In this document: piece by piece, positions 10,469 to 18,852 of the stretch
How the letters are laid out: each line of letters begins with the position of its first letter
How positions within the stretch are numbered: the stretch's first letter is position 1
Position numbers and translations under genes: made by a program
The notes under the pieces: model-generated
The model's input: only the letters and a program-made list of their open reading frames with translations
Told to the model about the DNA's origin: nothing
Database searches by the model: none
Sequence record: LT603033.1
Strand: one strand, 5' to 3'
DNA: 64,000 nt

Positions 10469-10480
10469 GTCTGGAGATAT

Positions 10481-11329
10481 ATGAAACTTTATCTAATCGT
10501 TGACTACAATAAGGGTTATTATGACTACGCAGAAGAATCTGAAGGGTATTGCTCGTCTACTAATGTCAATGTACGCACCAGTAGTACACATGAGCATGAA
10601 TCTATTACAAACCTAAAAGATTTCATCGCATATCGAGCATTTGAAAAGAATTTCTGTCGTAGTAGATATTCGAAGTTTGAGTACCCGTTAATTGATGTTC
10701 CTGATGAATTGATGTTCCAGTTAATGCTCACTGGAGTACAAGATTATGATTACATCGCGTACAATCACATTACTAAGAAAATTTATATCGGTACGTCAAC
10801 ACATGACATTTCTATGTATGCATCATGCCCAGATGATCGAATGAATGATAGAAAATCATACTATAGTGGATCAGTTGGTTTAAATGATTCATTAAATGAA
10901 AATTTATTCTTTGAGTACGAGTTTGATAATCATCGAGGGAAAAAAGACCGAGAAGATTATTGTACTGAAATTGATAGTACCAATGGATATGAAGAAGTGA
11001 AAGAAGCGATAATGCCATATATCCTTGACAAGTACTACAAAGATTTTCAGTACTGTAGTAATTTTCTAATCCGAAATTCTATCATAATCGGTCGTCAAAG
11101 TACTGCATTCTCTAAGTACTACAATGATTCCCCTGTTGCTGAAAATGAAAACTGTAATATTCTCTCAATCCCACGTGAAGATATGGTATTCATGTTCACA
11201 TCTTTCATTGAAGATGATGAGTTGTATGTAAAAAACAAGCACAGGTTCATGCCAAGTAAGATTGAGGTTATGAGAAGCTTAAGTGCAGATATCTTAACTA
11301 ATTTCACTGAAAAAACAGAATACAACTGA
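10481..11329 (+). CDS. Hypothetical protein, FQ-motif family
   Basis: GGAG RBS; DELMFQLML. Confidence 0.8.
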   Translation: MKLYLIVDYNKGYYDYAEESEGYCSSTNVNVRTSSTHEHESITNLKDFIAYRAFEKNFCRSRYSKFEYPLIDVPDELMFQLMLTGVQDYDYIAYNHITKKIYIGTSTHDISMYASCPDDRMNDRKSYYSGSVGLNDSLNENLFFEYEFDNHRGKKDREDYCTEIDSTNGYEEVKEAIMPYILDKYYKDFQYCSNFLIRNSIIIGRQSTAFSKYYNDSPVAENENCNILSIPREDMVFMFTSFIEDDELYVKNKHRFMPSKIEVMRSLSADILTNFTEKTEYN

Positions 11330-11355
11330 GACATACCATAAGTTTATGATATAAT
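11328..11355 (+). promoter_or_regulatory. GGACA-class promoter upstream of candidate ncRNA
   Basis: GAGACA-16-TATAAT with TGA before the -10. Confidence 0.65.
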
Positions 11356-11359
11356 GTAA

Positions 11360-11392
11360 GGTGACAGCAGAATATGTTGTCGCCTTTTTTTT
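11360..11392 (+). terminator. Terminator-like hairpin immediately after the -10 box
   Basis: GGTGACAGCA-gaata-TGTTGTCGCC plus T8. Confidence 0.8.
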
Positions 11393-12007
11393 AATCCTGA
11401 AAGGTTCCATATGGAAATGATTAAAGCCTAATCCACTCGAAAAGTAGAGGGTAGATGAGTAGTCCTTTCAGTACGAACAGCAAATGAAACCCGTTAGATG
11501 ATGGCATAGTTTGAACCACTCACGGCAATGCGGCTGTATAAAGAACTCCAATAGGATAAAGAGAGTTCCTCGATAGACATATAAGGATCGCACCTTACCA
11601 ATTATCTAAGGGAGATTTCATGAGAAATTTGCGGTCGGAATTATACAATATAGTTGCGTCCAAATTTTGTGAAATCAAATACAAGTACTGGTCATATGGT
11701 ATTTGTATTATGTGTCGGGATGTTTAAGACCGACGACCGTTGCTACAAGAACCGCGATAGAGAGAAACAGAGCAACCCGCTTTCGTCTCGTAAGAGAATT
11801 CGTGATATGAACTATGTGAAGGCCACCAGCGTCAAACTTTTTTGTTCTTTCCCCTGCGGGGGGATGAAATATGCTCAAGCAAACCCCGTCAATATTAATT
11901 AAAAGAAAATAGTACTTGTAGAATTAGACATGCGTAGCATGGTAATTCTACTGATGTTGATGGAATCAACGTCACGTATATTCATTGATGTTTCCATAGG
12001 AATAATG
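11393..12007 (+). ncRNA. Candidate large structured non-coding RNA or cis-regulatory leader (family unknown; ends approximate)
   Basis: No credible ORF; about 41% GC over 11401-11880; more than 12 helices including long-range pairs, a three-way junction and a GNRA-capped hairpin. Confidence 0.7.
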
Positions 12008-12550
12008 ATGGCATTTATTAGAAAACAAAAAACTTTTACCTATAAGACTTTGGATTTTGTTGATTGTGAAAACCAATTACAAGATGAAGATAACTTTACA
12101 GGATTTGTTGTTATTAAAGAAAAAGGATGCATTTCGTATATAAAGGAATTACAGAACGGCATTGAAGTTACTTCAGTCAAATTACTTCCTACACAAAAAC
12201 CAACAATATTAAAAGCACAGTATGGTAATTATTTCGAGGAAAGATATAGTAATAATTTAATAAGTGTTAAGGCTCATATTATAAAAGGAGAACTAGAAGG
12301 AGAATATAGAAAATACAACCCACAAGGAAAATGTGTTTGGGTTAAATACTTCAATTCAGGAAATGATGTAACATCTGAAATAATTGAGTTTTTAGGTTTA
12401 ACATGTACCCCTGAAACTCTTCATGATTACAAATTTAATACTGAAGAAGAGTTTAATCTGATGATGCGTTATGGTTCACATTTTAAATTTTTATATGAAT
12501 ATAACATTGACAGTAGTACTTTTGATAAGATAGTACAGAACTGTCTCTAA
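12008..12550 (+). CDS. Hypothetical protein (MORN-like repeats; FQ-motif-like C-terminus)
   Basis: AGGA RBS at 11998; GELEGEYRKY..GK..W..YF..G; EEEFNLMMRYG. Confidence 0.75.
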   Translation: MAFIRKQKTFTYKTLDFVDCENQLQDEDNFTGFVVIKEKGCISYIKELQNGIEVTSVKLLPTQKPTILKAQYGNYFEERYSNNLISVKAHIIKGELEGEYRKYNPQGKCVWVKYFNSGNDVTSEIIEFLGLTCTPETLHDYKFNTEEEFNLMMRYGSHFKFLYEYNIDSSTFDKIVQNCL

Positions 12551-12566
12551 CAAAAGGAATTATATA

Positions 12567-13088
12567 ATGTCGAAGAAGGATGCTTCGAAAAAACATTCAG
12601 TACATTTTAGTACTGGTAAAGATAACTGGACAACTCCAAAAGATTTCTTTGAAGAGTTAGATGAGTTATGGGGATTTACGCTTGATGCTGCTTGTGTTGA
12701 TGAGACTGCATTATGTGAGAATTATTTTACACCAAATGATGATTCTCTTTCACAGGATTGGGGAAAGAATATAGTTTGGTTGAACCCTCCATATAGTGAT
12801 TTGAAAACATGGTTATCTAAAGCAGTAGATGCGTATAATAAAGGGGCAACTGTATTAATTCTTGTACCATCAAGAACGGATACTATAGCCTTTCAGGATT
12901 ATGCTGCGAAAGTTTGTGATTGTATTTGTTTTATTAAGGGAAGGTTACGATTTGGTATCCCAGAAGAACCAGAGAAGAAAACAGATTCAGCACCATTTCC
13001 TTCGTGTCTGATAGTACTGGATAAGTACTTAACCACTGCTAAAATCAATTATCTTAAATCTCTTGGGTTGGTGATGAAGAATTTATGA
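12567..13088 (+). CDS. Phage-type DNA N6-adenine methyltransferase (small Dam-like family)
   Basis: W.TP..FF, FTLDAA, VWLNPPYS, LVPSRTDT, IKGRLRF, APFPS. Confidence 0.85.
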   Translation: MSKKDASKKHSVHFSTGKDNWTTPKDFFEELDELWGFTLDAACVDETALCENYFTPNDDSLSQDWGKNIVWLNPPYSDLKTWLSKAVDAYNKGATVLILVPSRTDTIAFQDYAAKVCDCICFIKGRLRFGIPEEPEKKTDSAPFPSCLIVLDKYLTTAKINYLKSLGLVMKNL

Positions 13089-13618
13089 AAGAAACATGTG
13101 TATTAACGTTTGGTCGTATTAATCCTGTACATCGTGGACATGGTTTAGTTTTTGAAAAGGCCAAAACATTACAAGAACAGTACAATGCTGATTTAAAAAT
13201 ATATCTAAGCACCAGTACTGACAATATAAAAAACCCACTCCCACCTGAACTAAAAATGTATTATACAGAGGGATTCTATCCTTCAGTGCAAGAGAACATC
13301 TACACAGAAGACAATCTATTTGATATAATGAGAGAACTGGATGGAAAGTACTTAGATGTTCTTTTCATTTGTGGTTCTGACCGTATTGATTCTTTTCAAA
13401 AAACTCTTGACATGTACAATGGTAAGTTGTATAATTTTTGTAGTATAAAAGCAATTCAAGCAGGTATTGACCGTAATGTAAGTCAATATAGCTCAACACA
13501 AATGCGTAACTTCGCAAAAAATGAAGATTTTGATAGTTTTCGTGAGTTTTTACCTGGAAATGACGAGGACTTAAAAATACAATTATTTGAAGACGTTATA
13601 AAATACATGAGGAAATAA
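13085..13618 (+). CDS. HxGH cytidylyl/nucleotidyltransferase-like protein
   Basis: TFGRINPVHRGH, CGSDR, YSSTQMR. Confidence 0.8.
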   Translation: MKETCVLTFGRINPVHRGHGLVFEKAKTLQEQYNADLKIYLSTSTDNIKNPLPPELKMYYTEGFYPSVQENIYTEDNLFDIMRELDGKYLDVLFICGSDRIDSFQKTLDMYNGKLYNFCSIKAIQAGIDRNVSQYSSTQMRNFAKNEDFDSFREFLPGNDEDLKIQLFEDVIKYMRK

Positions 13619-13620
13619 TT

Positions 13621-13914
13621 ATGTCAGTACTGTTCAAAACCAATCCAGTACTTTGGGATCAAAATGAGCAATCAGGATTTCGTTCCATCCATGTTGAATA
13701 CAAAGGTAATACTGTAGTTGCAATTATTGCTAACAAAACTCTAGGAAACTGGACTGCACAGGTTGTTCCTATGGGATATTCTTACACATCTGATGAGGTT
13801 CAATTCCTGGCTGAACTATATCGTCAAGTGCCGTTTATCATTAATGTACTAGAAGGTAATGATACATTATCACATGCAGATGTGATTAATTTTCTTGGAA
13901 ACTTGCATGTGTGA
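13621..13914 (+). CDS. Hypothetical protein
   Basis: GAGGA RBS. Confidence 0.75.
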   Translation: MSVLFKTNPVLWDQNEQSGFRSIHVEYKGNTVVAIIANKTLGNWTAQVVPMGYSYTSDEVQFLAELYRQVPFIINVLEGNDTLSHADVINFLGNLHV

Positions 13915-14194
13915 TGAAATAAATCTTACAGGATATTTTTTACAAGAATCAATGATTAAATTTAGTGATAAATTTTCAGTACTGGATGGTATCGAAATGT
14001 GGCATGTCAAACCACTGTTCCACACTTTCAGTAAAGAGCACAAAATGTTATTGACTGAAGCCAGTAAATCAAATAACATATGTGAAATCAAAATTGGTGT
14101 AAATGTCTATAAAGGGATGGTTATCTTTTTTGACAATAACAGCAACTACTTTTATATTGTTAAGGAGCATTACGTTGACAAATACAAATACTAA
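13907..14194 (+). CDS. Hypothetical protein
   Basis: Coupled ORF. Confidence 0.65.
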   Translation: MCDEINLTGYFLQESMIKFSDKFSVLDGIEMWHVKPLFHTFSKEHKMLLTEASKSNNICEIKIGVNVYKGMVIFFDNNSNYFYIVKEHYVDKYKY

Positions 14195-14789
14195 TACATA
14201 TTTCCGTTATCTTCGCTTAGGTCTTTCCCTACGTCCGATCCGTGGAAAGTGCGATTCACTCGCTGACCTTGACTATGCATATGCATTACATCATGAAGGT
14301 GTACAGTATGTATTGGGTGATTATGGTGAATTTGAAGAAACAAATGACAGTACTGGAATTAATGCTGGTGTAGAAAATCTTAACAACATTGCTAACAGTT
14401 CTCGCCATGACATTGTGTTACAGATTCAAAACTTTATTGAGCAGCACACAGGTAAACGTGTTTGGTGCTATGTCGGTACGGATGCACAAATGTCAATTTC
14501 ATTCGGTAACGATGAAGGATATGTTGCACAGCTTATTATGGATTTTGAATCTGAAGAGAAGTTTTTAGAATTCAAAGAAAAGATTATTCAGTCACTTGTT
14601 GATATGGGTATCCCCGAAGATAAAATGCCAGAAGTTCAAAACATTGATGAATTTGTTTTGATTCCATCTGATGAGAAATATGATGCAATGTTTACTGCTC
14701 TTAATATTCCAGGAGTTATTGTGGAGTACTTTGATGATGGTGATGATAGTATCTATATCGATCTAGATGACGATGACGACGATGAATAA
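14175..14789 (+). CDS. Hypothetical acidic protein (TTG start after TAAGGAG)
   Basis: Strong RBS 14161-14167; poly-Asp C-terminus. Confidence 0.7.
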   Translation: MTNTNTNTYFRYLRLGLSLRPIRGKCDSLADLDYAYALHHEGVQYVLGDYGEFEETNDSTGINAGVENLNNIANSSRHDIVLQIQNFIEQHTGKRVWCYVGTDAQMSISFGNDEGYVAQLIMDFESEEKFLEFKEKIIQSLVDMGIPEDKMPEVQNIDEFVLIPSDEKYDAMFTALNIPGVIVEYFDDGDDSIYIDLDDDDDDE

Positions 14790-14794
14790 TGTAC

Positions 14795-14823
14795 ATAGCC
14801 CGACATAAGTTCGGGCTATTTTT
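14795..14823 (+). terminator. Intrinsic terminator
   Basis: ATAGCCCGA-cataagt-TCGGGCTAT plus T run. Confidence 0.85.
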
Positions 14824-14835
14824 GTAAGGGGATAT

Positions 14836-15111
14836 ATGAATTATAAAGTTCTACAATATACATACAGTGTTTTATTTGATTTACATCACAATGGAAGATA
14901 TCTCAATACAATACGAGAAAACACATTCACTCATACTATCTGGATTAATCACTTAATAATGATACGTGAATATTTTGTTAATAGTGAGATAATCATTCGT
15001 GGTAAAAAACAGAAGATAGAACAAGTTAATAGTTTTGGTGGTAAATTAGTACTATCATTTATAGATAGTAATACTAATGAAAGATATAGTATAGATTTGG
15101 TGGATATATGA
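14836..15111 (+). CDS. Small hypothetical, TYK-array paralog
   Basis: LQYTYSVLFDL. Confidence 0.7.
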   Translation: MNYKVLQYTYSVLFDLHHNGRYLNTIRENTFTHTIWINHLIMIREYFVNSEIIIRGKKQKIEQVNSFGGKLVLSFIDSNTNERYSIDLVDI

Positions 15112-15374
15112 ATTATAAAGATTTCCTACTAACATACAAGATTATTCGAGATTTAGCACACGACAATGATAGCCCTAGTCTAGAAGACACATGCACTCAA
15201 ATGATTCATACGATTCGTGGTAAGATTAAAAAAAAATTCAGTACTGTTATTATTGGTGATGACCATGCAGAATTTTCTGATATAATCATTAGACGTGATG
15301 GTAAAGTTGAGGTTCAGTACTACACTGATTTTGGATTTACCAGTATTCCGTTGGAGATATTCCCTTGGGATTAA
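15108..15374 (+). CDS. Small hypothetical, TYK-array paralog
   Basis: LLTYKIIRDL. Confidence 0.7.
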   Translation: MNYKDFLLTYKIIRDLAHDNDSPSLEDTCTQMIHTIRGKIKKKFSTVIIGDDHAEFSDIIIRRDGKVEVQYYTDFGFTSIPLEIFPWD

Positions 15375-15676
15375 ATTTAAATGATATACAATTCACTTAT
15401 AAGATCCTATATGATTTGTATGATGTATACCTTGTTAGTAACAACATAGGTTCACATAACCGATCCAAAGAACAACCATTTATTGATTTATATATTGAGT
15501 ACTTAGATTCAGTAGGTGAATATATAAAAAAGAATTACAGTACTTTTATCGATGGAAATGATATATTCGAGTTCTCTGGAGTTAAATCATACAATGGGAT
15601 TATCCATGTTGAATTTCTTGAAATAACCGATAGGGGATTTATCGAGATTAAAGTTGTGAAGTTGGTGAATTTATAA
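15365..15676 (+). CDS. Small hypothetical, TYK-array paralog
   Basis: LNDIQFTYKILYDL. Confidence 0.75.
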   Translation: MGLNLNDIQFTYKILYDLYDVYLVSNNIGSHNRSKEQPFIDLYIEYLDSVGEYIKKNYSTFIDGNDIFEFSGVKSYNGIIHVEFLEITDRGFIEIKVVKLVNL

Positions 15677-15712
15677 GAGGTTACATATGTTATTAAATGA
15701 TATACAATTCAC
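15377..15712 (+). repeat. 20-nt direct repeat at starts of two paralogs (15377-15396 and 15693-15712)
   Basis: TTAAATGATATACAATTCAC twice. Confidence 0.9.
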
Positions 15713-15998
15713 ATACAAATTTTTGTATATCCAATACGCTACGGTTGATGCTGGAGAATATCTCTACAGTGAAATCTATCGTTCGGTATGGATAAAGTTT
15801 TTGGATGAATTACATGAATATTACCATGATTTGTGTATAGTTCGTGATAATAAAATATACAAATTTCGCGATATTGTTAGTCATAGCGGTAAGCTACGAT
15901 TGGAATTAAGTACTGATAGTGATGTTGATTGGATTGGTGTAAATTTACTGGAATTGAAGAATGAAAAACAACTTAAAGGAAATACAAGTATTTTATAA
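15687..15998 (+). CDS. Small hypothetical, TYK-array paralog
   Basis: LNDIQFTYKFLY. Confidence 0.75.
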   Translation: MLLNDIQFTYKFLYIQYATVDAGEYLYSEIYRSVWIKFLDELHEYYHDLCIVRDNKIYKFRDIVSHSGKLRLELSTDSDVDWIGVNLLELKNEKQLKGNTSIL

Positions 15999-16245
15999 AT
16001 TCTTATACTTATCATATGTAAAAGATGAGTACTATGAAAGTGTATATTATTTTTTATGGCAACATTACCGTACTATAGTAAGAGATTTATATATAGGAAA
16101 ATCTATCATATCCAATGGTGAAAAATGTATCTGTACGGATGTAGTTAGTTTTAATGGTTCTTTAACACTGTGTTTCAGATGCGATAATAATAGTGGGTCA
16201 TTTTCATTAAACGTATATCAGTTAGAAGGAATAAATTTTGAATAA
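15961..16245 (+). CDS. Small hypothetical, TYK-array paralog
   Basis: LKEIQVFYKFLY; LYIGKSII. Confidence 0.7.
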   Translation: MKNNLKEIQVFYKFLYLSYVKDEYYESVYYFLWQHYRTIVRDLYIGKSIISNGEKCICTDVVSFNGSLTLCFRCDNNSGSFSLNVYQLEGINFE

Positions 16246-16438
16246 ATGTCCATATTGTAACAGTACTCAATTAGCTCGTTTCCGTTTAGATTCAGACTGG
16301 GCGACTGGTGCTGGTGATTTCTTCCCTATTAATGATGATGCGGAATACACCGAAGAACAACATAAAGATTTTGATAAATCATGGCGACCTGACATTGAGT
16401 GCATTTATTGCCTTAATTGTGAGCGTGTCCATGACTAA
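16238..16438 (+). CDS. Small zinc-ribbon-like protein
   Basis: CPYC ... CIYCLNC. Confidence 0.65.
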   Translation: MNKCPYCNSTQLARFRLDSDWATGAGDFFPINDDAEYTEEQHKDFDKSWRPDIECIYCLNCERVHD

Positions 16439-16694
16439 AGCTGAACTAATCGTTCATACATATAAAATGATATCAAGTATTGAGTTGCCCTATAGTGAAG
16501 ATAATCCAGTACTGGAAAATTTTATTGAATCCTTAAAAGAATATTATATTGGTAAATCACTGAATATTAATAATATTAATTTCACTATAACGGATGTGGG
16601 ACCAGGAAAAAACGTACTAATTGTATGTATTACTTCAACTGGTAACCCATTATACCCAATATCAGTAATTTTTGAGGTATTAGGTGATTTATGA
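16431..16694 (+). CDS. Small hypothetical, TYK-array paralog
   Basis: LIVHTYKMI; YYIGKSLNI. Confidence 0.7.
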   Translation: MTKAELIVHTYKMISSIELPYSEDNPVLENFIESLKEYYIGKSLNINNINFTITDVGPGKNVLIVCITSTGNPLYPISVIFEVLGDL

Positions 16695-16981
16695 ATATCA
16701 TATTAATACAAAAAACATATACTCTACTGATGAAAGAATATACTAATACTTATGATGAAAAGTGCAGTGCAAATCATAATATGTATGAATTCATTACTCA
16801 AGAGTACAGGGATTATATATATGCTGTGTTAGTGTGTAGATATTTCAGTACTAGAAAATACCCAAAACTTCAAATAGTTGATGTTTCTTTTTATTTCAAT
16901 GGTCATATTACTATTCATAGTTTAGACCAAGATTCAACAACGTACTTAAACTTTTCATTTGATGAGGTAACATTTTTATGA
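16691..16981 (+). CDS. Small hypothetical, TYK-array paralog
   Basis: LIQKTYTLL. Confidence 0.7.
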   Translation: MNIILIQKTYTLLMKEYTNTYDEKCSANHNMYEFITQEYRDYIYAVLVCRYFSTRKYPKLQIVDVSFYFNGHITIHSLDQDSTTYLNFSFDEVTFL

Positions 16982-17154
16982 GAACAGTATTTTTTATCTG
17001 GAGTCTTTTTTCATTGGCAGTACTGACAGTATGTGGGATTTGTTTCCTTTCATCAATTAATACTTGGTATATCAATTTACTATTTCCATTTGTCGGTGTT
17101 GGTTTAGGGTTTACTTTGCATAGTGTATGTAAGGATTACAATGAGAACAAATGA
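16978..17154 (+). CDS. Small two-helix membrane protein, 58 aa (not in ORF track)
   Basis: GAGG RBS, ATGA overlap; MRTVFFIWSLFSLAVLTVCGICFLSSINTWYINLLFPFVGVGLGFTLHSVCKDYNENK. Confidence 0.7.
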   Translation: MRTVFFIWSLFSLAVLTVCGICFLSSINTWYINLLFPFVGVGLGFTLHSVCKDYNENK

Positions 17155-17419
17155 AGTACTTATTGCTGAAACAATGAAGATGATTTACAATATCACGTCA
17201 GCACAGAATATGCCCTATCCAACTAAGTCTTTATTGAGGACTGTGTATCTGGGGATAGTACAGGAGTACTACAAATCCAAGCACCGAAGCATTATTAGTG
17301 TTTATCGTGATTATGAAAGGATTCGTATTTTATTCTGGAACAAGAATCGAGTACGTTCTGAATGTGACCTAGTGGACTTTAAATTAGAGAATCTTTATTG
17401 CTATAAACAGGGACAATAG
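17141..17419 (+). CDS. Small hypothetical, TYK-array-like
   Basis: AAGGA RBS; LIAETMKMIY. Confidence 0.65.
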   Translation: MRTNEVLIAETMKMIYNITSAQNMPYPTKSLLRTVYLGIVQEYYKSKHRSIISVYRDYERIRILFWNKNRVRSECDLVDFKLENLYCYKQGQ

Positions 17420-17437
17420 TTTAATTCATGATATAAT
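17410..17437 (+). promoter_or_regulatory. GGACA-class promoter
   Basis: GGGACA-16-TATAAT with TGA before the -10. Confidence 0.7.
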
Positions 17438-17477
17438 AATGGGTAAGGAACAATAATTAACACAAGGAGTGTGTGAA

Positions 17478-18206
17478 ATGCTTGACCGTATCCGTTTCGC
17501 TACAGAGATGGCGAATGAATTAAACATGGCAAATTTCCAAATGTTAACATCAGTAATGGCTGAACATGCATGTGCTTATTCTGTAAGTGGTGTGCAGTGT
17601 GGTCAGGAGAATATGTTAGCAGATGTTTATAGTGAAGTGCAAAGTAAGCAATATAGTGTAAAGACATATAAGGATAAGTTTGTTAGTCTTTATATGAACG
17701 AAGATATTGCCGAAGACCGTAAATTCACTGATTTTATTATTGAACGCCGAGTATCAGGTGTATCTAATCCTAATGCATCAAGCGAGGAAGTTTTTGCAGA
17801 AGTACTGAAAGATATATACGAAAATGAATTAAAAAGTAAGAATCATTACAATGTACGTGAAACTAACACAGTGCTCTTGGGATATGATGAAGACGAAGAA
17901 TACTATTATTTTCGTATGACTGAAGTTCCTTTTGAATACAAATCTCCATATACAACTACAGTGAAAGAATTTACTGAAAAAAGTAAAAACTTCATGAAGC
18001 ATGAAGGAAATCGTTGTAGTATAAATGGTTATGACGAAAATGGCATTCACATTTATGAATGGGTTCACCCAAATTGTCAGACATACACTCGTTGCTTGAA
18101 AAAACGTTATAATTTAGAAGAGCATGAATCATTCTATTTTAAAGTTAAGAAGCAAGGTTACACTCGCCCCGCCGATTCTGAATTGATGGGTATGATATAT
18201 TTCTAA
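17478..18206 (+). CDS. Hypothetical protein
   Basis: AAGGAG RBS. Confidence 0.8.
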   Translation: MLDRIRFATEMANELNMANFQMLTSVMAEHACAYSVSGVQCGQENMLADVYSEVQSKQYSVKTYKDKFVSLYMNEDIAEDRKFTDFIIERRVSGVSNPNASSEEVFAEVLKDIYENELKSKNHYNVRETNTVLLGYDEDEEYYYFRMTEVPFEYKSPYTTTVKEFTEKSKNFMKHEGNRCSINGYDENGIHIYEWVHPNCQTYTRCLKKRYNLEEHESFYFKVKKQGYTRPADSELMGMIYF

Positions 18207-18216
18207 GGAAACTTCT

Positions 18217-18498
18217 ATGGATTTTTATCTACACACATGGACATACGAACAATATATTACATTATATCTTGAAATTATTAACACAGAACCTAGGTGTGGT
18301 TGTTGGTTCGCAGATATCATAAAAGAGTATGCTGACGAGTTCGAGTTTGTGTATCTTGGGTCTGATATATTTGTAAAAAGTGTAGGTAAAACCGGACGAA
18401 TCACTGATATAGATTACGACACTGTTAGTGTGAATTTCTATGTTGATTTTCCTGATGCTGGCGTTGATGGTGTATATTGTCTTTATGAAATAATTTAA
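18217..18498 (+). CDS. Small hypothetical (YxG-xxV family)
   Basis: AAGGA RBS; VYLGSDIFV. Confidence 0.7.
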   Translation: MDFYLHTWTYEQYITLYLEIINTEPRCGCWFADIIKEYADEFEFVYLGSDIFVKSVGKTGRITDIDYDTVSVNFYVDFPDAGVDGVYCLYEII

Positions 18499-18504
18499 AT
18501 TCTT

Positions 18505-18529
18505 AGACCAGCGTTTGCTGGTCTTTTTT
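18505..18529 (+). terminator. Intrinsic terminator
   Basis: AGACCAGC-gttt-GCTGGTCT plus T run. Confidence 0.85.
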
Positions 18530-18542
18530 CGCAGGTACAAAG

Positions 18543-18845
18543 ATGTTCAGTATAGATTTAATTAACAGTACTATCAAAATGTTGGCTGATTTGGTGAGAC
18601 AATCCAATGGAACTTTATATCCATCAATGTATAAAATGTTTGACCGATACATCAAGGATTGTAACATATCATTATATGGACTTGCTGTTGATATAGACGA
18701 TTACTATGGAATTAATACTTCATATAAAACAGGAATTTTAATTGGTATTAATATAAAGATGGGGTATTTACCTTATTACTGTATAGGATTACCAGATAAT
18801 ACTTTTGTAGAATATCCAGCCAGTACTATTAAATTAAGAGGATAA
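18543..18845 (+). CDS. Small hypothetical, TYK-array-like
   Basis: LINSTIKMLADL. Confidence 0.65.
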   Translation: MFSIDLINSTIKMLADLVRQSNGTLYPSMYKMFDRYIKDCNISLYGLAVDIDDYYGINTSYKTGILIGINIKMGYLPYYCIGLPDNTFVEYPASTIKLRG

Positions 18846-18852
18846 AACTAAA

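Noticed and set aside
11393-11850. Assigning the RNA to group I intron, RNase P, tmRNA or hammerhead
   Set aside because: AGTAGTCC (11459-11466) resembles the intron S element but has no GACTA partner. AGCAACCCGCTT resembles RNase P CR-V but there is no GAGGAAAGTCC. GCCACCA at 11822 lacks a 7-bp acceptor stem and T-arm. No CTGATGA core.
11654-11902. 82-aa ORF inside the structured region, and the upstream ATG at 11930 for the next gene
   Set aside because: TTG start with no RBS and atypical composition; the region is better explained by base-pairing. The next gene has a good AGGA RBS only before ATG 12008.
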